Made by a program: the position numbers and the translations under genes. From positions 224,001 through 288,000 of the forward strand of contig CBDBEV010000001.1 of assembly GCA_965204535.1 (NCBI GenBank): a stretch of DNA of 64,000 bases. Reading direction: 5' to 3'. Positions 28,967 through 40,797 of this stretch are shown here, piece by piece. How positions within the stretch are numbered: position 1 is the first letter of the stretch; each line of letters opens with the position of its first letter. The notes under the pieces were generated by a model. It was not told where the DNA came from and made no database searches. It worked only from the letters and a program-made list of their open reading frames with translations. The stretch is from a bacterium. Lineage in GTDB: Bacteria > UBA8248.

Positions 28967-29820
28967 GAGATGTATTTTCCAATCAGGTGGCTCAGGCGTT
29001 CTTTCGTCTCATCCGGCATGCGGGCCGGGTCGGTCATGAGGGCCGTCGCCAATGAGCCTGCGTAGGGGCTCTCACCGTCGATCTCGGGCACCGCTTCCTT
29101 GATGATCTCCTGCGCGAGGGCCGCGTTGCTCATCACCTGGGCGATCACGGCCTCCACGCTCACCGCCTCTTCCTCCTCGTGCCAGCAGTCATAATCGGTC
29201 GCCAGCGCGATGGTGGCGTAGCTCATCTCCGCCTCGCGCGCGAGCTTGGCCTCGGGCATGTTCGTCATCCCGATGACAGAAGCGCCCCAGGCGCGGTAGC
29301 GGAAACTCTCCGCCCGGCTGCTGAACTGGGGACCCTCCATGCAGACGTACGCCCCGCCCGCGTGCGCCGTCGCGCCCGCCCGGAGGGCCGCTCCCATCAG
29401 TACCCCGCTCAATGCCCCGCATACCGGGTCCGCCATGGAAACGTGGGCCACGACGCCGTCGCCGAAAAACGTGGCTATGCGCGTCCTGGTGAGGTCGATG
29501 AACTGGTCGGGAATCACGATGTCGCCCGGATGAATGTTTTCTTTCAGGCTGCCCACCGCGCTGACGGATATGAGCCACTCCACGCCCAGTTGCTTGAACC
29601 CGTGGATGTTGGCGCGGAAGGGGATCTCATGCGGCAGATATACGTGCCCGCGCCCATGCCGGGGCAGAAACGCGACCCGCTTGCCGGAGAGCGTCCCCAG
29701 AACGTAGGGGGCCGAGGGCGCGCCGTAGGGCGTATCGAGCGCGCGTTCTTCCACATCGCCCAGTTCCGCCATCTCGTAGAGGCCGCTGCCGCCGATGACT
29801 CCGATATTCACTTCAGACAC
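28963..29820 (-). CDS. mtnP: S-methyl-5'-thioadenosine phosphorylase
   Basis: [31 protein letters not shown]. Confidence 0.93.
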
Positions 29821-29840
29821 TTAAATAACCTCGTTCGACA

Positions 29841-30851
29841 TCATTTCACCGGGGCCGCCCGGAGCATTCCCTTCTCTATCAGCGCCTCGGCTATCTGCAC
29901 CGCGTTCAGCGCGGCGCCTTTCCTCAGGTTATCGGCCACCACCCACAGGTTGAGGGTGTTTTCGCGGGAATCATCCCGGCGGATGCGGCCGACATACACC
30001 GGGTCTTCTCCGTCCGCGTCCTTGGGCATGGGATAGGAGAACGATTCCACGTCGTCCACCACCTCCACGCCCGGCGCGCGCGCCAGAAGCGCCCGCGCCT
30101 CCTCGGGAGATACGGACCGCTCGAACTCGACGTTCACCGATTCCGAATGCGCGTTGTAAACGGGCACCCGCACGCACGTGGCGCTGACAGCCAGATGAGG
30201 CGCGCCCATGATCTTCCGCGTCTCATCGACCATCTTCTTCTCTTCTTTCGTATGCCCGCCCTCTAAAAAGACGTCGATATGGGGCAGGCAGTTGAAGGCG
30301 ATCTCATGGGGCATTTTCTCAGGCGCCGAGGCGTCGCCCTCGACTTGCGCCTGCATCTCGTCTATGGCGGCCTGCCCCGCCCCGCTCACCGCCTGGTAGG
30401 TGCTCACCACGACTCGCCTGATGCGGGCGGCGTCGTGCAGGGGCTTGAGCGCCACCACGAGCTGGATGGTGGAGCAGTTCGGGTTCGCGATGATCCCCTG
30501 GTGCGCGGCCATCGCGTCCGGGTTCACCTCCGGCACCACGAGGGGAACGCCCTCATCCATGCGGAAAGCGCTGGAATTATCCACCACCACCGCCCCCGCC
30601 TTGACGGCCGCGGGCGCAAATTCCAGAGACCGCGAAGCGCCGCAGGAGAAAAGCGCCAGGTCCACGCCACAGAACGCATCCTGCGTGAGCCGGCTCACCG
30701 CAAGCTCCGAGTCACGAAACGGGATTTTCCGGCCTTCACTGCGCTCGCTCGCGAGCAAATCGACCTCATCGGCGGGAAACTTGCGCTCCTCCAAAATCCT
30801 GAGCATCTCCCGGCCCACGGCGCCCGTGGCGCCGGCGACGGCGACACGCAT
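29841..30851 (-). CDS. asd: Aspartate-semialdehyde dehydrogenase
   Basis: GATGAVG, DNSSAFR, NPNCST, DNLRKGAALN. Confidence 0.96.
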   Translation of the reverse strand: MRVAVAGATGAVGREMLRILEERKFPADEVDLLASERSEGRKIPFRDSELAVSRLTQDAFCGVDLALFSCGASRSLEFAPAAVKAGAVVVDNSSAFRMDEGVPLVVPEVNPDAMAAHQGIIANPNCSTIQLVVALKPLHDAARIRRVVVSTYQAVSGAGQAAIDEMQAQVEGDASAPEKMPHEIAFNCLPHIDVFLEGGHTKEEKKMVDETRKIMGAPHLAVSATCVRVPVYNAHSESVNVEFERSVSPEEARALLARAPGVEVVDDVESFSYPMPKDADGEDPVYVGRIRRDDSRENTLNLWVVADNLRKGAALNAVQIAEALIEKGMLRAAPVK

Positions 30852-31939
30852 CACGAGGCTCCGCCCGCGAGAGCAGCGATTCGCTCGCCCATCTCGGCAC
30901 AACCCACCGCAGTGGCGCCCGGCGTGTGGATGTCGGACGTTCTGAGGCCCTCATCGAGCGCCCCGGCCACGGCCGCCTCGATGGCTTCGGCCACGTCCAC
31001 GCGCTTTAACGAATAGCGGCACAGCATGGCGGCCGACATGATGGCCGCAATCGGGTTCGCCTTGTCCTGGCCCGCGATGTCGGGCGCCGTGCCGTGCACC
31101 GGCTCGTACAAGCCGAAGCCCGTCTCGTTCACGTTCGCCGAGGCGAGCATGCCGATGGAGCCCGTGAGCATGGAGGCGCAGTCGCTCAGGATGTCGCCGA
31201 ACATGTTGCCCGTGACGATGACGTCGAATTGCAGCGGGTCGCGAATCAACTGCATCGCCGCGTTGTCGACGTACATGTGGCTGGTTTCGACTTCCGGGAA
31301 CTCACCGGCGACGTCCCCGGCGACCTTTCGCCACAGGCGGCCGTTATCGAGAACGTTCTCCTTGTCCACCGAGCAGAGTTTTTTCCCGCGTACGGAGGCC
31401 AACTCGTACGCGAGCCGAACGATTTGGCGAATCTCGCCCGTAGTGTACGTCATCGTGTCGACCGCTTTTTCCTCATCCGCTGAGAGCCGCTCGATGCCCC
31501 TCGGCTGGCCGAAATATATGCCGCTCACGCCCTCGCGCACGACGAGCATGTCGAGGCCGCGCACCACCTCGGGCTTGAGGGATGAGGCTTCCACCAGCGG
31601 GTCGAACATGACGGCGGGCCTCAGATTGGCGAAGAGGTTCAGCTCTTTCCGCAAACCCAGGATGGCCTGCTCGGGGCGTTTGTCGCGAGAAAGTTCATCC
31701 CACCGGGGACCTCCCACGGCGCCGAACAGCCCGGCGTCGCTCCTGCGGCAGAGGGCGAGGGTTTCCTCGGGCAGGGGTTCACCCGTCGCGTCATAAGCCG
31801 CGCCGCCGCAAAGGCCTTCTTCGAACTCGAAACTCACGCCGAAGCGAGCGCCCGCCGCCTCCAGGGCCGAACGCGCCTGCGCCGTCACTTCCTGGCCGAT
31901 GCCGTCGCCCGGCAATACGGCTATCTGGTAACTGCTCAC
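30851..31939 (-). CDS. leuB: 3-isopropylmalate dehydrogenase
   Basis: PGDGIG, GAVGGPRW, NMFGDILSD, EPVHGTAPDIAG. Confidence 0.95.
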   Translation of the reverse strand: MSSYQIAVLPGDGIGQEVTAQARSALEAAGARFGVSFEFEEGLCGGAAYDATGEPLPEETLALCRRSDAGLFGAVGGPRWDELSRDKRPEQAILGLRKELNLFANLRPAVMFDPLVEASSLKPEVVRGLDMLVVREGVSGIYFGQPRGIERLSADEEKAVDTMTYTTGEIRQIVRLAYELASVRGKKLCSVDKENVLDNGRLWRKVAGDVAGEFPEVETSHMYVDNAAMQLIRDPLQFDVIVTGNMFGDILSDCASMLTGSIGMLASANVNETGFGLYEPVHGTAPDIAGQDKANPIAAIMSAAMLCRYSLKRVDVAEAIEAAVAGALDEGLRTSDIHTPGATAVGCAEMGERIAALAGGAS

Positions 31940-31954
31940 TGAAAACTCCTCTCT

Positions 31955-32563
31955 TTATTGCGCTTCGCTCTCGAAATTCGTGACGTAAGGCAGACTCGCG
32001 GCCACTTCTTCGACCTGGGGCAGATTGGCCCGCAAATTGGCGAGCATGTCCCACGTGCCGGCCAAAAAGGCGGCCTTGCGCGTCTCCTGGATGTCGATGG
32101 GAATCACGCGGTCGCCGTAGCCGACCGTCGCATTCCGGATGTCCACGGTGAAGCGCGTCTCCGGCTCTTCCTGCGCCTGTTTGATCAGCTCATTCACGTC
32201 AACCGCCGACGCCACGCCGAGCGGCACACCGATGGCGAAACAGTTTCCCGCAAAAATCTCGGCGAACGATACCCCGACGAGAACGTCGACCCCGAAGCGC
32301 TTGAGCGCTTGGGGGGCGTGCTCTCGCGAGGAGCCCGAACCGAAGTTCTTGCCCACGAACATCATGTTCGCCCCCTTGTGGGCGGGGTTGTCGACGGGAT
32401 GATCGGGCGTGTTCTCGCGCTCATCGCAAAAAAGTGCTTTTTCGATGCCCTCGAAGGTGATCGACTTGAGAAAACGCGCCGGCGTGATCCTGTCGGTATC
32501 GATGTCGTCGCGCGGCATGGGAATGGCCTTGCCCACGATTTTTTCGATTCTTTTCGTGCTCAT
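31955..32563 (-). CDS. leuD: 3-isopropylmalate dehydratase small subunit
   Basis: [32 protein letters not shown]. Confidence 0.95.
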   Translation of the reverse strand: MSTKRIEKIVGKAIPMPRDDIDTDRITPARFLKSITFEGIEKALFCDERENTPDHPVDNPAHKGANMMFVGKNFGSGSSREHAPQALKRFGVDVLVGVSFAEIFAGNCFAIGVPLGVASAVDVNELIKQAQEEPETRFTVDIRNATVGYGDRVIPIDIQETRKAAFLAGTWDMLANLRANLPQVEEVAASLPYVTNFESEAQ

Positions 32564-33972
32564 GCTTGTTCTCCCATCTCTCTGGGGTCCGCGATGCAGC
32601 CCGCAATCGCCGAAGAGACGACGACGGCCGGACTGCCCAGGTGGGTTCTTCCGCGCGGGCTGCCCTGCCGCCCGATGAAATTGCGGTTCGAGGTCGAAAT
32701 GCTTCTCTCCGCACCCACGAGCTTGTCCGGGTTCATGCCCAGACACATCGAGCACCCCGCTTCGCGCCACTCCGCGCCCGCTTCGTTGAAAATTTCGTGC
32801 AGGCCCTCTTCCTCGGCCTGCTGCTTCACCTGCTGGGAGCCGGGAACCACCAGCATCCTGACGCCGGGGTGCACCTTGTTGCCCTTCAGCAACCGCGCGC
32901 CCTCGCGCAAGTCGGAGATTCTCGAGTTCGTGCACGAACCCAGGAAGGCGACATCGACCTTCGTGCCCAGAATCGACTCGCCCGGCCTTAAGTCCATGAA
33001 ATCATAGCCGTGTTCCGCCGTCTTCCTGTCCTCGCCCGCGAAGCTGCCCACCTCGGGGAGCGGCTGTGAAATCCCGACCGAGTGCCCCGGATTGATGCCC
33101 CAGGTGACCATCGGCTCGATAGATTCGCCCGCAATCTCGTGGACGTCGTCGTATTCCGCGTCATCGCCCGAGGCGGTCTCCCGCCAGTACGCCACGCCCC
33201 TCTCCCAGGCTTCCCCCTCGGGGCTGAACTCGCGGCCTTCCAGATAATCGAACGTCGTCTCGTCCGGGTTCACGTAGCCGATGCGGGCGCCGCCCTCGAT
33301 GCTCATGTTGCAGACCGTCATGCGTCCTTCCATCGTCATGTTGTCGAAAACGTCGCCGCCGTATTCATAGGCGAATCCCAGTCCGCCCTTGATGCCCAGA
33401 TCGTGGATGACGCGCAAGGTCACGTCCTTGGGCGTCACGCCGGGGCCGAGAGCGCCCGTGACCTCGATTCGCTTCACCTTCAGACGGTTCAGCGCCAGGG
33501 TCTGCGTCGCGAGGACGTGGCCCACCTCGGTCGTACCGATGCCGAAGCCTAGAGAACCCATCGCGCCGTGCGTGCTCGTGTGGCTGTCGCCGCAGGCGAT
33601 GGTCATGCCGGGCTGGCTGAGCCCCAACTCCGGCCCGATGACGTGGACGATGCCCTGCTTGCCGGAACCCAAATGCAGAAAGCGGACGCCGAACTCGTTC
33701 ACGTTCTGCTCCAGGGCGGCCATCATTTTCTCGGCCTGCTCGTCCTCGTAGGGCCTTATCTGGCTGAGCGTGGGGATGATGTGGTCCACGGTCCCCATCG
33801 TGCGGTCGGGGAAAGCGACGCCGGACCCGATTTCCTTGAGCATCCCGAACGCCTGGGGCGTGGTGACCTCATGGATGAGATGCAGGCCGATGAATATCTG
33901 GTCCTGGCCCGAATCCAGCTTGGCCACGGTGTGGGAATCCCAAACCTTATCGTAGAGCGTGTTTTTCGACAT
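32560..33972 (-). CDS. leuC: 3-isopropylmalate dehydratase large subunit
   Basis: [41 protein letters not shown]. Confidence 0.96.
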   Translation of the reverse strand: MSKNTLYDKVWDSHTVAKLDSGQDQIFIGLHLIHEVTTPQAFGMLKEIGSGVAFPDRTMGTVDHIIPTLSQIRPYEDEQAEKMMAALEQNVNEFGVRFLHLGSGKQGIVHVIGPELGLSQPGMTIACGDSHTSTHGAMGSLGFGIGTTEVGHVLATQTLALNRLKVKRIEVTGALGPGVTPKDVTLRVIHDLGIKGGLGFAYEYGGDVFDNMTMEGRMTVCNMSIEGGARIGYVNPDETTFDYLEGREFSPEGEAWERGVAYWRETASGDDAEYDDVHEIAGESIEPMVTWGINPGHSVGISQPLPEVGSFAGEDRKTAEHGYDFMDLRPGESILGTKVDVAFLGSCTNSRISDLREGARLLKGNKVHPGVRMLVVPGSQQVKQQAEEEGLHEIFNEAGAEWREAGCSMCLGMNPDKLVGAERSISTSNRNFIGRQGSPRGRTHLGSPAVVVSSAIAGCIADPREMGEQA

Positions 33973-34027
33973 GGCATTACCCTCGAAATAATCTACAGAT
34001 TCTTACGCATCATGTTGAAATTGAATG

Positions 34028-34846
34028 TCAAGAAACCGTCTTCGAGCGATCGAGACCTTCCCGCAAAGAGGCGATGTAATCGCAAGCCGCGCGCATCTTT
34101 TCCTCACGCGACGCTTCCGCCTCCATGACGTCTATCAGGGCGCTGCCCACGATGACCCCATCGGCGTGTCCGGCCACCTCCGCGGCCTGCTCGGGCGTCT
34201 TAATGCCGAACCCCACGAGAACGGGCCGGTTCTTCACACGGTTGATCCTCGCCAGGGTGGCGCCTAAATCCGAATCCAGGGCGTCGCGCGCGCCGGTGAC
34301 ACCCATCTGCCCGACGTAGTAGATGAAACCGCCACCCACGTCGTTCACCAACTCGACGCGCTCCTGCGTGCTCGTGGGCGCGAGCATGAAGACGGGCTCC
34401 AGCGGATAATCGTTCATGATCCCGACAAGAGCACCCGCTTCTTCAGGCGGCAGGTCGGGCACGATGACGGCGTCGGCCCCCACCTGCGATGCGCCGCGCA
34501 CGAATTCCGCCAGACCCACGGCGATGATGGGGTTGTAATACGTCATCAGAACCAAAGGCGTATCGGGTATATCCGCGCGGACCTCACCGACCATTTCCAG
34601 GACGCCGCTCAGGCGGGTTCCGCCCGTGAGCGAGCGCATGCTCGATCGCTGGATGGTGGGGCCGTCCGCCAGGGGATCGCTGAAGGGAACCCCGATTTCG
34701 AAGCCATCCGCTCCCGCCTCCGTCATGAGAGGCAACAGTTCACGGGTGAAGCCCAGGTCCGGGTCGCCCGCGGTGACAAACGGGAAAAGACCGGCCCGGC
34801 CCTCTGCGCGCAAACGGTCGAAACACGCTTCCAGTCTATGGCTCAT
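34028..34846 (-). CDS. trpA: Tryptophan synthase alpha
   Basis: EIGVPFSDPLADGPTIQ, PDLP, GVTG, GFGI, IVGSA. Confidence 0.96.
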   Translation of the reverse strand: MSHRLEACFDRLRAEGRAGLFPFVTAGDPDLGFTRELLPLMTEAGADGFEIGVPFSDPLADGPTIQRSSMRSLTGGTRLSGVLEMVGEVRADIPDTPLVLMTYYNPIIAVGLAEFVRGASQVGADAVIVPDLPPEEAGALVGIMNDYPLEPVFMLAPTSTQERVELVNDVGGGFIYYVGQMGVTGARDALDSDLGATLARINRVKNRPVLVGFGIKTPEQAAEVAGHADGVIVGSALIDVMEAEASREEKMRAACDYIASLREGLDRSKTVS

Positions 34847-36063
34847 CAGCGCACGTCCTCGTCATCGAGCATTTCCGTCAAAAGGCCCTCCGCCTGATGC
34901 ACGTCCTTGTCCCCCCGGCCGGAGAGGCAAAGCACCACGGTCTTCATCCCGCCCGCTTCTCTCGTCTCTTCGGCCAGGCGATCCAGATAGGAAATCGCGT
35001 GGGCGCTCTCGAACGCGGGAATGATGCCCTCCAGCACGGAGAGCTTCTGAAACGCCTTGAGCGCGTCGTGGTCTTCGACCGTCACGTAGCGCGCGCGCCC
35101 GGAATCCTTCAGATGCGAATGCTCGGGCCCCACGCCGGGATAATCGAGACCCGCAGACACCGAATGGGCCGGGATGATCTGGCCATCATCGTCATAGAGC
35201 AAAAACGTCTCGCAGCCGTGCAGAACACCCACGCGGCCAGCGGTCAGGGACGCACCGTGCTCCTCGGTGTCCAGGCCCCGGCCCCCGGCTTCCACGCCGA
35301 TGAGTTCGACGTCTTCATCATCCACGAAAGGGTGGAACAGGCCGATGGAATTGCTGCCGCCCCCCACGCAGGCCACACAGGCGTCGGGGAGCCGGCCTTC
35401 GGCCTCGAGAATCTGCGCGCGCGCCTCGCGCCCGATGACGGACTGGAAATCGCGTATCATCTCCGGAAACGGATGCGGCCCCACGACCGAGCCGATGATG
35501 TAGTGGGTCGTCCGCACCGAAGCCGTCCAGTCGCGAAGCGTCTCGTTGGTGGCGTCCTTTAAGGTCTTGCTGCCCGAGGTGACCGGAATCACCCGCGCAC
35601 CCAGAAGGCGCATGCGGAACACGTTGAGTGATTGCCTGCCGATGTCCTCCTCGCCCATATAGACGTCGCAATCCAGTCCGAACAACGCCGCCGCCGTGGC
35701 GGTGGCCACCCCGTGCTGGCCCGCTCCCGTCTCCGCGATGATGCGCGTCTTTCCCAACCTCCTGGCCAGAAGAACCTGGGCGAGCGTGTTGTTTATCTTG
35801 TGAGCGCCCGTGTGGCAGAGGTCCTCACGCTTGAGATAGACCCTGAGCACGCCCAGATCATCAGAAAGTCGCTCGGCCAGATAGAGCGGCGTGGGCCTGC
35901 CCACGAACTCTCTGAGATACGCGGCGAGTTCTTCGTGGTACGCCGGGTCGTCCCGGGCCTCCTCGTAGGCAACTTCCAGTTCCTCGAGAGCGGGCATGAG
36001 GGTTTCCGGGACGTAACGCCCCCCGAATCGACCGAACCTTCCCCTGGATACCAATTCGCTCAT
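34846..36063 (-). CDS. trpB: Tryptophan synthase beta
   Basis: [49 protein letters not shown]. Confidence 0.97.
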   Translation of the reverse strand: MSELVSRGRFGRFGGRYVPETLMPALEELEVAYEEARDDPAYHEELAAYLREFVGRPTPLYLAERLSDDLGVLRVYLKREDLCHTGAHKINNTLAQVLLARRLGKTRIIAETGAGQHGVATATAAALFGLDCDVYMGEEDIGRQSLNVFRMRLLGARVIPVTSGSKTLKDATNETLRDWTASVRTTHYIIGSVVGPHPFPEMIRDFQSVIGREARAQILEAEGRLPDACVACVGGGSNSIGLFHPFVDDEDVELIGVEAGGRGLDTEEHGASLTAGRVGVLHGCETFLLYDDDGQIIPAHSVSAGLDYPGVGPEHSHLKDSGRARYVTVEDHDALKAFQKLSVLEGIIPAFESAHAISYLDRLAEETREAGGMKTVVLCLSGRGDKDVHQAEGLLTEMLDDEDVR

Positions 36064-36710
36064 CTTCTCATTTCCTCAAATTCGGATATCGCCGCGCGCG
36101 CGTTTTGAATGAAACTTAAGGTCCGCCCGGGGTCTTTTCGGCCCAGAACGGCGCCCTCTACTCCGCTGCTCGAATCCACGCCGTAGGGCTGGACACTCCT
36201 CACGGCTTCGCCCACATTTTCGGGCTTGAGGCCCCCCGAGAGGATGATGGGCCTCGCGTCGGCCGCCTGCCGGGCCAATTCCCAATCGAAAGTCTCGCCC
36301 GTGCCCCCGAGCGCGCCCTTCACGTAGGCGTCCAGCAATATAGCGCAACCGGGAAAAGCGTCTATCTGCGCTATCGTTTCGGGCCCCTTGACCCGCAAGG
36401 CCCGAATGACGCGCAAGCCCCGTTCAATCAACCAACAACAATCTTCCGGCGTCTCATCGCCATGAAGCTGCGCCGCATCCAAACCGACGCGACGCGCAAT
36501 TTCCATCACGCGCTCGGGAGAATCGTTCACGAAAACGCCGACCCGCGTTCCGAATGGCGGGAGCGCCTCGCTGATCTCCCGCGCCTGCTCCATCTCCAGG
36601 CACCTGGGAGTGCCCGGAACGAAATTCAGCCCCAGGGCGTCGGCGCCTGCTTCTAACGCGAATTCCGCGTCCTCGACCGTCGTCACTCCACAAATCTTCA
36701 CGCGGATCAT
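36060..36710 (-). CDS. trpF: Phosphoribosylanthranilate isomerase
   Basis: [33 protein letters not shown]. Confidence 0.95.
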   Translation of the reverse strand: MIRVKICGVTTVEDAEFALEAGADALGLNFVPGTPRCLEMEQAREISEALPPFGTRVGVFVNDSPERVMEIARRVGLDAAQLHGDETPEDCCWLIERGLRVIRALRVKGPETIAQIDAFPGCAILLDAYVKGALGGTGETFDWELARQAADARPIILSGGLKPENVGEAVRSVQPYGVDSSSGVEGAVLGRKDPGRTLSFIQNARAAISEFEEMRR

Positions 36711-36778
36711 GTCGCGAAACCCTCCCGAGCGGAGCAAGCATTTATAGCATAGAGTCGAAGCGCAAGCCTAGCGCAAAG

Positions 36779-37155
36779 GGGGTTGTTGAAAAAGCCCTCG
36801 TGACGAACAGAGAATTGGTTTCTCCATCGACATAAGCTTCTGAATTGCTCCCCTCTTTTAGTGTCATTGCCAGCTGATTAGAGAGGAAGAACCACTCCCC
36901 CCTTGAGGGGGAGTCGAAGAGCTGAGGGCGTAAGCCCGAAAGCGATTCGGTGGGGGGTATAATCCGGAATGGCGATAAAACGCATTTTACCCCCCACCGA
37001 TTCAGCCTTCGCAAAAACCGCTCGGCTTCATCGACTCCCCCTCAAGGGGGGAGTGATTCTCTTCTCTCGTCGGTTGGCAATGAGTACAAAGGAGAATTCC
37101 GTAGCCGCGGCGGCGGTGGTCAATCTCGACCGAGGATGACTTTTTCAACAACCCC
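36779..37155. mobile_element. 377 bp MITE-like palindromic element
   Basis: Perfect 16 bp TIR GGGGTTGTTGAAAAAG / CTTTTTCAACAACCCC; internal perfect 25 bp IR at 36893-36917 and 37031-37055; 13 bp IR at 36947-36959 and 36988-37000; no credible ORF. Confidence 0.85.
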
Positions 37156-37269
37156 GAAGGATGCCGTTTGGGCGATACGGGTAACAAAGTGGAGAGATTT
37201 CACCGGACAGAGAGGCCGGAGAGCGTTTTAGACTTTGAGAGGATACGACTGCCGGGGGATGAGAGGGCG

Positions 37270-37983
37270 TTAGCCGCCGCCCAGGTACATCATCTTGACT
37301 TCCTGGTTGTTCAGGAGTTCGTGTCCGCCGCCCTCATAGCGGTTCCTGCCGAGTTCGAGCACGTAGCCCCGGTCTGAAATCTCCAGGGCGCGCGCGGCGT
37401 TCTGCTCGACGAGCATGATGGTCAGCCCTTCCTTGGCGAGGCTCACGATTTTCTCGAACACTTCCGTTACGAAACGAGGACTCAAGCCCAAGGAAGGCTC
37501 ATCGAGCATGATCATCTTGGGCCTCGTCATCAGAGCGCGGCCCATGGCCAGCATCTGCTGCTCGCCGCCGCTCATCGTGCCCCCCAACTGCTTTTGCCGT
37601 TCGCCGAGGCGCGGGAAGAGCGTGAAGACGTAATCCATCGCCTCGTCGATTTTCTTTTGATCGCGCTCAATGTAGGCGCCCATCTCAAGGTTTTCCTTGA
37701 CCGTCATCTGGTTGAAGACGATGCGGCCCTGCGGCACGTAGCCCAGCCCCCGGCCAAGAATCTGGTCGGGGCGAAAGCCCACGATGTTCTGGCTATCAAA
37801 CTCGATCTCGCCGCCGAGGTAGTTGATGAAGCCCATGATGATCTTGAAGGTCGTGGATTTTCCCGCGCCGTTCGGCCCGATGACGGCCACCACCTCGTCC
37901 TTGTTCACGTGGAGCGACACGTCGTGGAGTATCTGGATTCTGCCGTACCCCGCATTGATGTCCTTGAGTTCTAATAGCGCCAT
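37270..37983 (-). CDS. livF: Liv-type ABC transporter ATPase
   Basis: GPNGAGKST, MSGGEQQMLAMGRAL, LDEPSLGL, VEQNA. Confidence 0.92.
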   Translation of the reverse strand: MALLELKDINAGYGRIQILHDVSLHVNKDEVVAVIGPNGAGKSTTFKIIMGFINYLGGEIEFDSQNIVGFRPDQILGRGLGYVPQGRIVFNQMTVKENLEMGAYIERDQKKIDEAMDYVFTLFPRLGERQKQLGGTMSGGEQQMLAMGRALMTRPKMIMLDEPSLGLSPRFVTEVFEKIVSLAKEGLTIMLVEQNAARALEISDRGYVLELGRNRYEGGGHELLNNQEVKMMYLGGG

Positions 37984-38709
37984 TTATCTGTGTCCAAAAT
38001 ATGCTTCGATAACGTCTTCGTTCGTCTGGATATCTTCGGGCAGACCCTCGGCGATTTTCACGCCGTAGTCGAGCACGAACACCTTTTCGCAGTGGTTCAT
38101 GATGACGTTCATGTCGTGCTCGACGATGAGAATCGTCTTCCCCTGGTCTTCCTGTAGATGGTGAATGTGTTCCAGCAGGTTGTTGAGCAGGGTTCTGTTG
38201 ACGCCGGCGGCCGGCTCATCGAGGAGGATGAGATCGGGGTCCGTCATCAGGGCGCGCGCGAATTCGAGGAGCTTCTGCTGTCCGTAGGAGAGGTTCCCGC
38301 CATATTCGCCGCGAAGTTTCGTGAGCGTGACGAACTCCATCAACTGCTCCGCCCGCGCGCGCGCCTCGCGCACGGGCATCTTCATGCTCGAAGCGGAGAG
38401 CATGTTCTCGAACACCGTCATCTCGCGGTAGATACGGGTAATCTGGAAGGTGCGGCTGATACCCCTGTTGAAGACTTCATAGGGCCTCAAGCCGACGATA
38501 TTCTCCCCGTTATAAAACACCTCGCCGCTGTCCGCCTCGAGAACGCCCGTGAGCAGGTTGAACGTGGTGGTCTTGCCGGATCCGTTCGGTCCGATCAGGC
38601 CCGATATCTGGCCCTTGGGCACCTGGAAGGTGCATCCGTCCACCGCCTTGATGCCCCCGAAGTACTTCTTCAGGTTCTGAATGTCGAGGGCGATTTCCGC
38701 ATCTGCCAT
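37984..38709 (-). CDS. livG: Liv-type ABC transporter ATPase
   Basis: GPNGSGKTT, RTFQ, LSYGQQK, LDEPAAG, EHDM. Confidence 0.92.
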   Translation of the reverse strand: MADAEIALDIQNLKKYFGGIKAVDGCTFQVPKGQISGLIGPNGSGKTTTFNLLTGVLEADSGEVFYNGENIVGLRPYEVFNRGISRTFQITRIYREMTVFENMLSASSMKMPVREARARAEQLMEFVTLTKLRGEYGGNLSYGQQKLLEFARALMTDPDLILLDEPAAGVNRTLLNNLLEHIHHLQEDQGKTILIVEHDMNVIMNHCEKVFVLDYGVKIAEGLPEDIQTNEDVIEAYFGHR

Positions 38710-38730
38710 TTTCTTGCGCTACTCCGTTTC

Positions 38731-39669
38731 TTAGTGAACCATTCCCTTGCGCGCCCAGCCCTTGTCGATGGCGTATCCCATCAATCCGCGCGGCATGAAA
38801 CGGGCCACGAGGACGATGAAGATGCCGAAGGCGATGAGGTGAGCCGTGGGGAATTTCACCCAGGTAATTTCCTGAACGATATACAAGACGAACGTGCCCA
38901 GAATGGGGCCAATCACCGTTCCCTTGCCGCCGAACATGGCGAAGAGCTTCATATAGATGGTGACAAGGATGAAGAACTCGGTTTCGGGGTCTATGTAGAG
39001 AACCTTGTACGCCTGAATGCCGCCGGCCGCCGCCGGGAAAATGGCGGAAAGGGCGAAGGCGGAAAGCTTGTAGAACGTGGTGTTGATGCCCAGGCTCTCG
39101 GCTGCAATTTCGTCCTCGCGTATGGCGTTCAGGCGGATCCCGAACCTCGAATGCCCCACCCAGTAGGACACCACAATGGTGACCAGCATGACCACCAGCA
39201 TGGCGAAATACGTTTCAAAGGAGTTTTCGATGTTGGGCAGACCGATTCCCTCGCCGCCGTGGGTGAGGTCCTCCCACACCGTGGCCACCACGCGCGTGCC
39301 TTCTGCCGCGCCGAGCATGGCGATGGCGAAATACGGGCCTTTGAGACGCAAAACCGGAAACCCGATTATCAACGAGACCACAAAGGAGACGAACACGCCT
39401 ACGAAAAGGGTCGGTATCCAGTGCCAGCCGTAGTCCACGACCAGAATGGCCGTGGCGTAGGCGCCGATGCCATAGAACATCACGTGGCCGAACGACACAT
39501 AACCCGTATAGCCGCTGATGATGTTCCAACTCAAGGAGAGAACGACGTACATCATCGTGAACATAATCACCGAGCGCTGATACAGATTGATATTCGAGGG
39601 CAACGCGCACAGTACGATTATGAGTATGGCCAGCATTCCGAAATTGCGGAGGTGTTCATTTTGGGCCAT
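38731..39669 (-). CDS. livM: Liv-type ABC transporter permease
   Basis: GYTGYVSFGH, RLKGPYFA, AIREDEIAAESLG. Confidence 0.9.
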   Translation of the reverse strand: MAQNEHLRNFGMLAILIIVLCALPSNINLYQRSVIMFTMMYVVLSLSWNIISGYTGYVSFGHVMFYGIGAYATAILVVDYGWHWIPTLFVGVFVSFVVSLIIGFPVLRLKGPYFAIAMLGAAEGTRVVATVWEDLTHGGEGIGLPNIENSFETYFAMLVVMLVTIVVSYWVGHSRFGIRLNAIREDEIAAESLGINTTFYKLSAFALSAIFPAAAGGIQAYKVLYIDPETEFFILVTIYMKLFAMFGGKGTVIGPILGTFVLYIVQEITWVKFPTAHLIAFGIFIVLVARFMPRGLMGYAIDKGWARKGMVH

Positions 39670-39680
39670 TCAGATCTCTC

Positions 39681-40670
39681 CTAGTTTTCTTTCGGCCCCA
39701 TCAGACCGCGGGGCCTGATAAGCAGCACGAAAACCATCATCCCGTAGGACGCAATTTCCACCATGGCGGTGCCGTTGGGGATCATGAAGGATATGAGGCT
39801 CTCGATGACCGCGAGCATCACCCCTCCGATGAGCGCACCGATATAGTGGCCCCTGCCTCCGAGCACGATGATGGCGAAGGCTTGCAACGTATACAAGACA
39901 CCCGTTTCCGGGTTGAAGCCGAACTGAATCGACACCAGTGCGCCGCCCGCCACCGCAAGCGCCGCGGCCAGCCCCGAGGTAATCATATAGATATGGAAGA
40001 TGTTGATGCCGCAGACCATGGCGACGTCCGCATTTTGCGCCGTCGCGCGTATCGCCTTGCCGATGCGATGTATTTTGAGAAAAACGAATACGCTGATGGA
40101 GATAAAGGCGGCCATCGCGAAGCTGATGATCTTGCTTCTGCTCACCGCGATGGTCTCGGTGAGTTGGAACGCGTCGGGCGCGTAGGGGATGGTGCGGTAA
40201 TCCGTGGTGAAGATGGCTTCCACGATATGGATGATCGTGAGGCCCATACCGAAAGTTATCAGCAAGGGCGTCAGTTCCGGCCCACCCACCACGGCGTTCA
40301 GCAGCAGCTTCTGGATAAGGAGCCCGATGACAAAAGCGATAGGGAGCGTGAGGAACAGGGCGAGGAGCGGGTCGATTCCCACATAGAAGAAGAACATCCA
40401 GGTCAGGTAGGCGCCCAGCATCACCAACTCGCCGTGCGCCACGTTGATGATGCGCATGACGCCGAAGATGAGCGTGAGGCCCACGGCGAACATGGCGTAA
40501 ACGCCGCCCTGCATGATGCCGTTCAGGATGACGGTGGTCAGGTCCGCCAGCCACTGAAGATCAAAAAAGACGTTATCCGTATAAATACCGACGGCGAAGG
40601 GAACCGTGTACGCCGCTACCAAAAACAACGCCAGCCAGTATTTGCTACGGATTTCCGCTCTTTCCTGCAT
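39681..40670 (-). CDS. livH: Liv-type ABC transporter permease
   Basis: GLTLIFGVMRIINVAHGE, GKAIRATAQN, IVLGG. Confidence 0.9.
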   Translation of the reverse strand: MQERAEIRSKYWLALFLVAAYTVPFAVGIYTDNVFFDLQWLADLTTVILNGIMQGGVYAMFAVGLTLIFGVMRIINVAHGELVMLGAYLTWMFFFYVGIDPLLALFLTLPIAFVIGLLIQKLLLNAVVGGPELTPLLITFGMGLTIIHIVEAIFTTDYRTIPYAPDAFQLTETIAVSRSKIISFAMAAFISISVFVFLKIHRIGKAIRATAQNADVAMVCGINIFHIYMITSGLAAALAVAGGALVSIQFGFNPETGVLYTLQAFAIIVLGGRGHYIGALIGGVMLAVIESLISFMIPNGTAMVEIASYGMMVFVLLIRPRGLMGPKEN

Positions 40671-40797
40671 GAGAAAATATATCCTCGGTATACGAAACAA
40701 AAAATCCGGATACTTTCGTCTTCGCGCCGGGGCCGCTTTTAACAGCCCCGGCGCGAAAGTTCAAGTGTTTATTGCATTTTCGCGTTTCATGCAACCC

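Noticed and set aside
40720-40758. Hairpin containing TTTTAACAGCCCC as another TIR copy or a terminator
   Set aside because: Only a partial TIR match with no partner, and no U-tract on the coding strand; more likely an mRNA-stabilising stem between SBP and permease
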